64,000 nucleotides of DNA, taken from assembly GCA_051294375.1 (NCBI GenBank), contig CM119266.1, positions 17,354,087-17,418,086 on the forward strand. Direction: 5' to 3'. This stretch comes from Paraspadella gotoi (Eukaryota; Animalia; Chaetognatha). Shown piece by piece: positions 59,908 to 64,000 of the stretch (position 1 is the stretch's first letter; each line of letters opens with the position of its first letter). Below the pieces are notes generated by a model. It ran no database searches. It saw only the letters and a list, made by a program, of their open reading frames with translations, and was not told where the DNA came from. The translations under genes and the position numbers were made by a program.

Positions 59908-62900
59908 ATGCACTCCGACGGCCTCTTGCTGGTCGTCCTCTTCCTCTTCCTCCTCCCATTGATATTGCTTAGCCTCCTCTTCCTCGCCCCTTGCGTCCGC
60001 CGGCGCCGCCACACGGGATGGATCGTCGCCGGCGTCTTTTTCCCGCTGACCCAGAGCGTCCCCCTGACCGACGATCTGGCCGACGACGACGGAGACGTTG
60101 AGAAAAAACAACATAAACCACAACATCAACCACCCCAGAAACCAAACGAACTACATCTTGACTCTGAGGAACTCCAACATCAAACCTCGCCTCTTCTAAA
60201 CGGACCGGGGCAGCCGCAGCAAGAACAACATCATCAAAAGCAGCAACGTCGCGGCTGCTGCGGATGGCGCGCCCCGCCCAAATCGGTGACCGCCTTTCGA
60301 CTTCGCGACCGCCGCTTTCGTTTGGCGGCGACGACTTCGACCGCCTGGACGACGACGGCGTTGAACTTCGCCGCCTGCGTTGTCGTCGCCGCGGGGTGCT
60401 TCGGGTTCGGGAGGGTGTGGTTGTTCGATTCCGATCAGGTACATATGAGTGGGGGGTCGTGTGGAGAATGTGTGGGAATTGTAGAGTGGAATGTAGAAGG
60501 TTGAAAATAGTGACTCAGGCGTAGGGGAAAGAGTGGAACGTAATCCAGTGGTTATTGATCATTTTTACATTTTTTTACGTCTGCTCTCGATTTGCTGGTC
60601 AATCTCTGAATACAAATCAGGGCATCGACAAAAATTCCGTTCTACGTAAATATAAATCAAATCTTAAATATAAATCTATAAATCTATATCTAAATCTCAA
60701 CGCATCTAAATCTAAATCTAAATGTATCTAAATCCCGATAAATCCAAAATAAAATTGGATCGCATCTAAATCTAAATAAATCTAAATTCCAATTCGAAAT
60801 CCCCCATCATCCTTCCCTTAAGAAATCCGAAATACTCCCATCTCGACTTCCGGGTTGGACCTGCACCGGCAAGACTCCCATCTCCTCCAGAGCTCTCTCC
60901 GCTTCTCCGCTGCGATCCTGCGACGTCGCCGCCCTGCGGTCCGCGGCTGCGGCGGAGGTGCGCGGTCGGGACTGGGCCGAGTTCAAGGCCGGTTGTCCGA
61001 AGGTCTTGGCCGAGAATCTATTCTACGCTTGCAAAATGAGTTGAGTCTCGGGGGGTCGGACGCTCGGTCAATCTTCTGTATTGATTCATAAAACCAGGAG
61101 TTTAACGATTAGGGTTAGGGGTTAGTGATAAGGATTAGTTTGGGTTAAGTAATAAGTATATATATATATACTATTATATATATATAAGTAATAAGAGTTT
61201 GGAATTCGGGTTGTGGATTAGGGATTATGTTAAGTAAGACATTAGGGTTATACGTTCTAGTTAAAGTTAAGTTACCGGGTTACTGGCTAATCAGACCAAC
61301 GCTGTTTAAATTGATTCAAATTAATTGAAACTGATTTTAAATCTTCAAACAATCAGATTGTTTGTTTTTTTCATTTATTAACATTCAAATCTTTTAGACT
61401 CATTAGCCAAGCATCTTCTTTTCTCTCGTCATCCTCTCAATCAGTTTCATAATCAATTTACCAATCATCTGCCAATCAACTCCTCAACAATTTGCTAATC
61501 ATTTTTTTTTCAGCCTCTGCCGATCAAATGCCTTCCCGCCGGAAACGACAGTCCTCCTCTTCTTCTTCTTCTTCCTTCCACACCGCCCGATTCTGCTGCT
61601 CCATCTTCGCCGACGGCTGTTGGGTTCCTTCAGCCGCAGCCCCGACGGCACGCCCGAGCCAGACGGGCCGTTGTCTCTCGGGCCGCCTCTGCGACGCCTG
61701 TTCCTTCGACCATTGCGTGTGCCCCAAGATGGTCGCCGAAGCCGCCAAAGCCGACTGCGGCGGACGACGGGCGGCGCCGCCGCCGCCGCTGCAGAGCCCC
61801 GACGTAGTCGGCTGCGGTGAAGCTGATGTAGCCGACGCCGTGGAAGGAGCGATGAGGGAAATATTCGTTGGGCAGAGGTAAAGTTTGGGGGTCTCTGTCT
61901 CTCTTTTATTCTCTTTCTCTCACTGACTCTTTCTTTCTCTCTCTCTTTCTGTCTCTCTCTCTCTCTCACTCTCTTTCTCTATCTCTCTTTGTCTCTGTCT
62001 TTATAATGTTTAAACTGTACGAAAAAGTACCACTTTTTATCATAGATTAAGTATTTTCGTCTATTAATAATTATCAGACGCGGGTAATTAATTATTAATT
62101 GAATAATGACGTCTCTCGAAATAGATTTGCGGATTCCGTGACGCGGTCCTCCTGCATCGGCGGCGGGCAGCGTGGGCGGGCTGACGACACAACTGACGAC
62201 CAAACTGCCGACGCAACTGCCGACGTAGGCGCCATCTTCCGTCGAGTCGCTCGCGTCGGCAACGCGTCGATCGAGACCAGAGGAGGAGATGAATGCGACG
62301 GGTTTTGTCACAGGTGATGACAGGGGGAGGTGATAGAATCGATGACAGCGGGAGGTGATAGAATCTGTGTCAGATGGACCATAGACCACATAGCTTTGAT
62401 TGAATGAAAAATTTAGGCGACAAAATACTAGAAAATTCTACAAGAAATTGGTAACTGGTCACAAATTTTAATAAATGACAATTAGGTGGCAGAATTAGTT
62501 ATAGAATTACTGACAGCCCTCGATTCACTGATAGATGGTATCCAAACTGGAACGATGCGTTGGTCGGCGTCGTCGTCGCCTTGGGACTGCATCTGGGATT
62601 CGCGCTGCTTTTTCAGGTAGGCAGTCGGAGCGTGGAATTGTGGTGGAAATGTGAGGTGGAGTCGTGGTGAAAATTTAGAAAGGATGTGGGTGGAATCGTG
62701 GTGTGGTGTGGTGTAATGGAAACGTGGCGTGAATTTATTAAGAAACTATGATGTGAAATTGTGGTAGAAATGTTAGAAGGAATTGAGGTAGAAATATAAT
62801 AGTGTGAAAATGTGATGGAAATGTATAGTGGAATTGTGGTATAAAGTGTGAATGCAAACGAGGGATTGTGGTGACGTCTTCATCTTCATCTTTGTTCCAA

Positions 62901-63880
62901 CTTTTTTTTTCAATCCTTCTAATGCTCCCTCTCTTCCTCCTCCCCTCTTCCTACTCATCCTCGCTTTCCTCCACTTCCCCTTCTCACTCTCTCGCTCCCT
63001 CCCCTCCTCCCCCACTCCCTCCCTTCTTCCTTCCCTTCTCCCTCCCTCTCCAGTTCACCGTCGTCACCGTCATCTCTCTCTTCCTCTCTCCCCTTCCGTC
63101 CAACTCCGATCTCGTTTTCCGCCGACGAGGAAAAGGATTTCCTCTCGTCAGGAAATTCCTACTTCCGGTTTTGGTCCTCCTCGTGGCGTCGTTGGTCGCG
63201 GCATTGCATCTCACGACTTGCGGCATCGACGGAATCGTCGCCGCCCAGGTTTATTAGTTGCGCCGGGAGTACTCGCGGAGCAACTCTATAAGTCACTTTT
63301 CGGTCGGTCGGTCCGTCGGTATGTCTGTCCATCCGTCTGTCCCACTTACATTAAAAACGCTTATAACTTGCCTATAGTTTGTTGCTCAAATCTAAGCGGC
63401 GACTGGCGCTGCCTTTTGTTTTTAAAGAAATAAGTAAATAAGTAAATAAGTAAAAAAAAAGTAATTCGGCGCATTACCTTGGAATAACCGTTCCTTGTTT
63501 TTCGGGTTTTCGGCTTTGGTTTTTCTTTTTTTCTTTTTTTAGTTTAATTTTTTGTTTCCGTTTGATTTACTGCATGTATATGAAGAGAAACTGGTACAAC
63601 CTTTTTAAAAATTATCCATTCAATCGATTAGCTATCTAAGATAATAGCATTTTTTAATGATAACGATTTACTTAGGAATCCTTTTAGCGTGAAAATAAGA
63701 GAACCGTAAAGATAATAATTGAATTGATCTCATTTGCATTAATTTTTTTTATTTTTATCTCAGGACCTCGTTTTTGTCTTTTGTTTCATCGTCGTCGTTT
63801 TGGCGGGAATTCTTCTGCCGTGGGAGGACGCCAGGGGGCTTCCGAGTTGTGGCTGTCGGCACATATGTCGGGTGAATTGA
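59908..63880 (+). CDS. Unassigned multipass membrane protein with a Cys-rich central region
   Basis: Candidate exons 59908-60438, 60823-60964, 61514-61877, 62125-62313, 62517-62616, 63054-63248, 63764-63880 are GT-AG, phase-compatible and GC-rich. About 5-6 hydrophobic segments. The 3' end may continue beyond the window. Confidence 0.6.
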
Positions 63881-64000
63881 ATATGAATTAATGAATGAAT
63901 AAAGACTAATGTGTAATTTGTACAAACTACAAAGAAAACTTAAAAAGAACAAAGCAAAATAAATATGATATTCCTATTCATATCGATTTATTTGAAAATA

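Overview
AT-rich eukaryotic DNA, most likely from an invertebrate animal. It has GT-AG introns, GC/CpG-rich exons, many microsatellites, N-gaps and gap-flanking duplications. I spliced genes by hand using splice sites and phase. They are: the first coding exon of ornithine decarboxylase (-); a 772-aa XK-related multipass protein (+); a 7-exon ITPK1 (-) with a pseudo-exon copy; a 12-exon TPR protein (+) whose ~26-kb intron contains an antisense transglutaminase; a GT14 core-2/I-branching glycosyltransferase (-); and an unassigned Cys-rich multipass protein (+). The transglutaminase locus is scrambled (duplicated and inverted exons, indels), probably by assembly. The most unusual non-coding signal is a tiny TRIM-like element (LTR-PBS-internal-PPT-LTR, 4-bp TSD). 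Its LTR carries a tRNA-derived Pol III module followed by a twister-ribozyme-like fold. There are also three families of minimal hammerhead ribozyme motifs of Penelope type and a Helentron-like (HINE) mini-element carrying a tRNA-Gly-like module. No searches or folding programs were run; all family assignments come from motif recognition.
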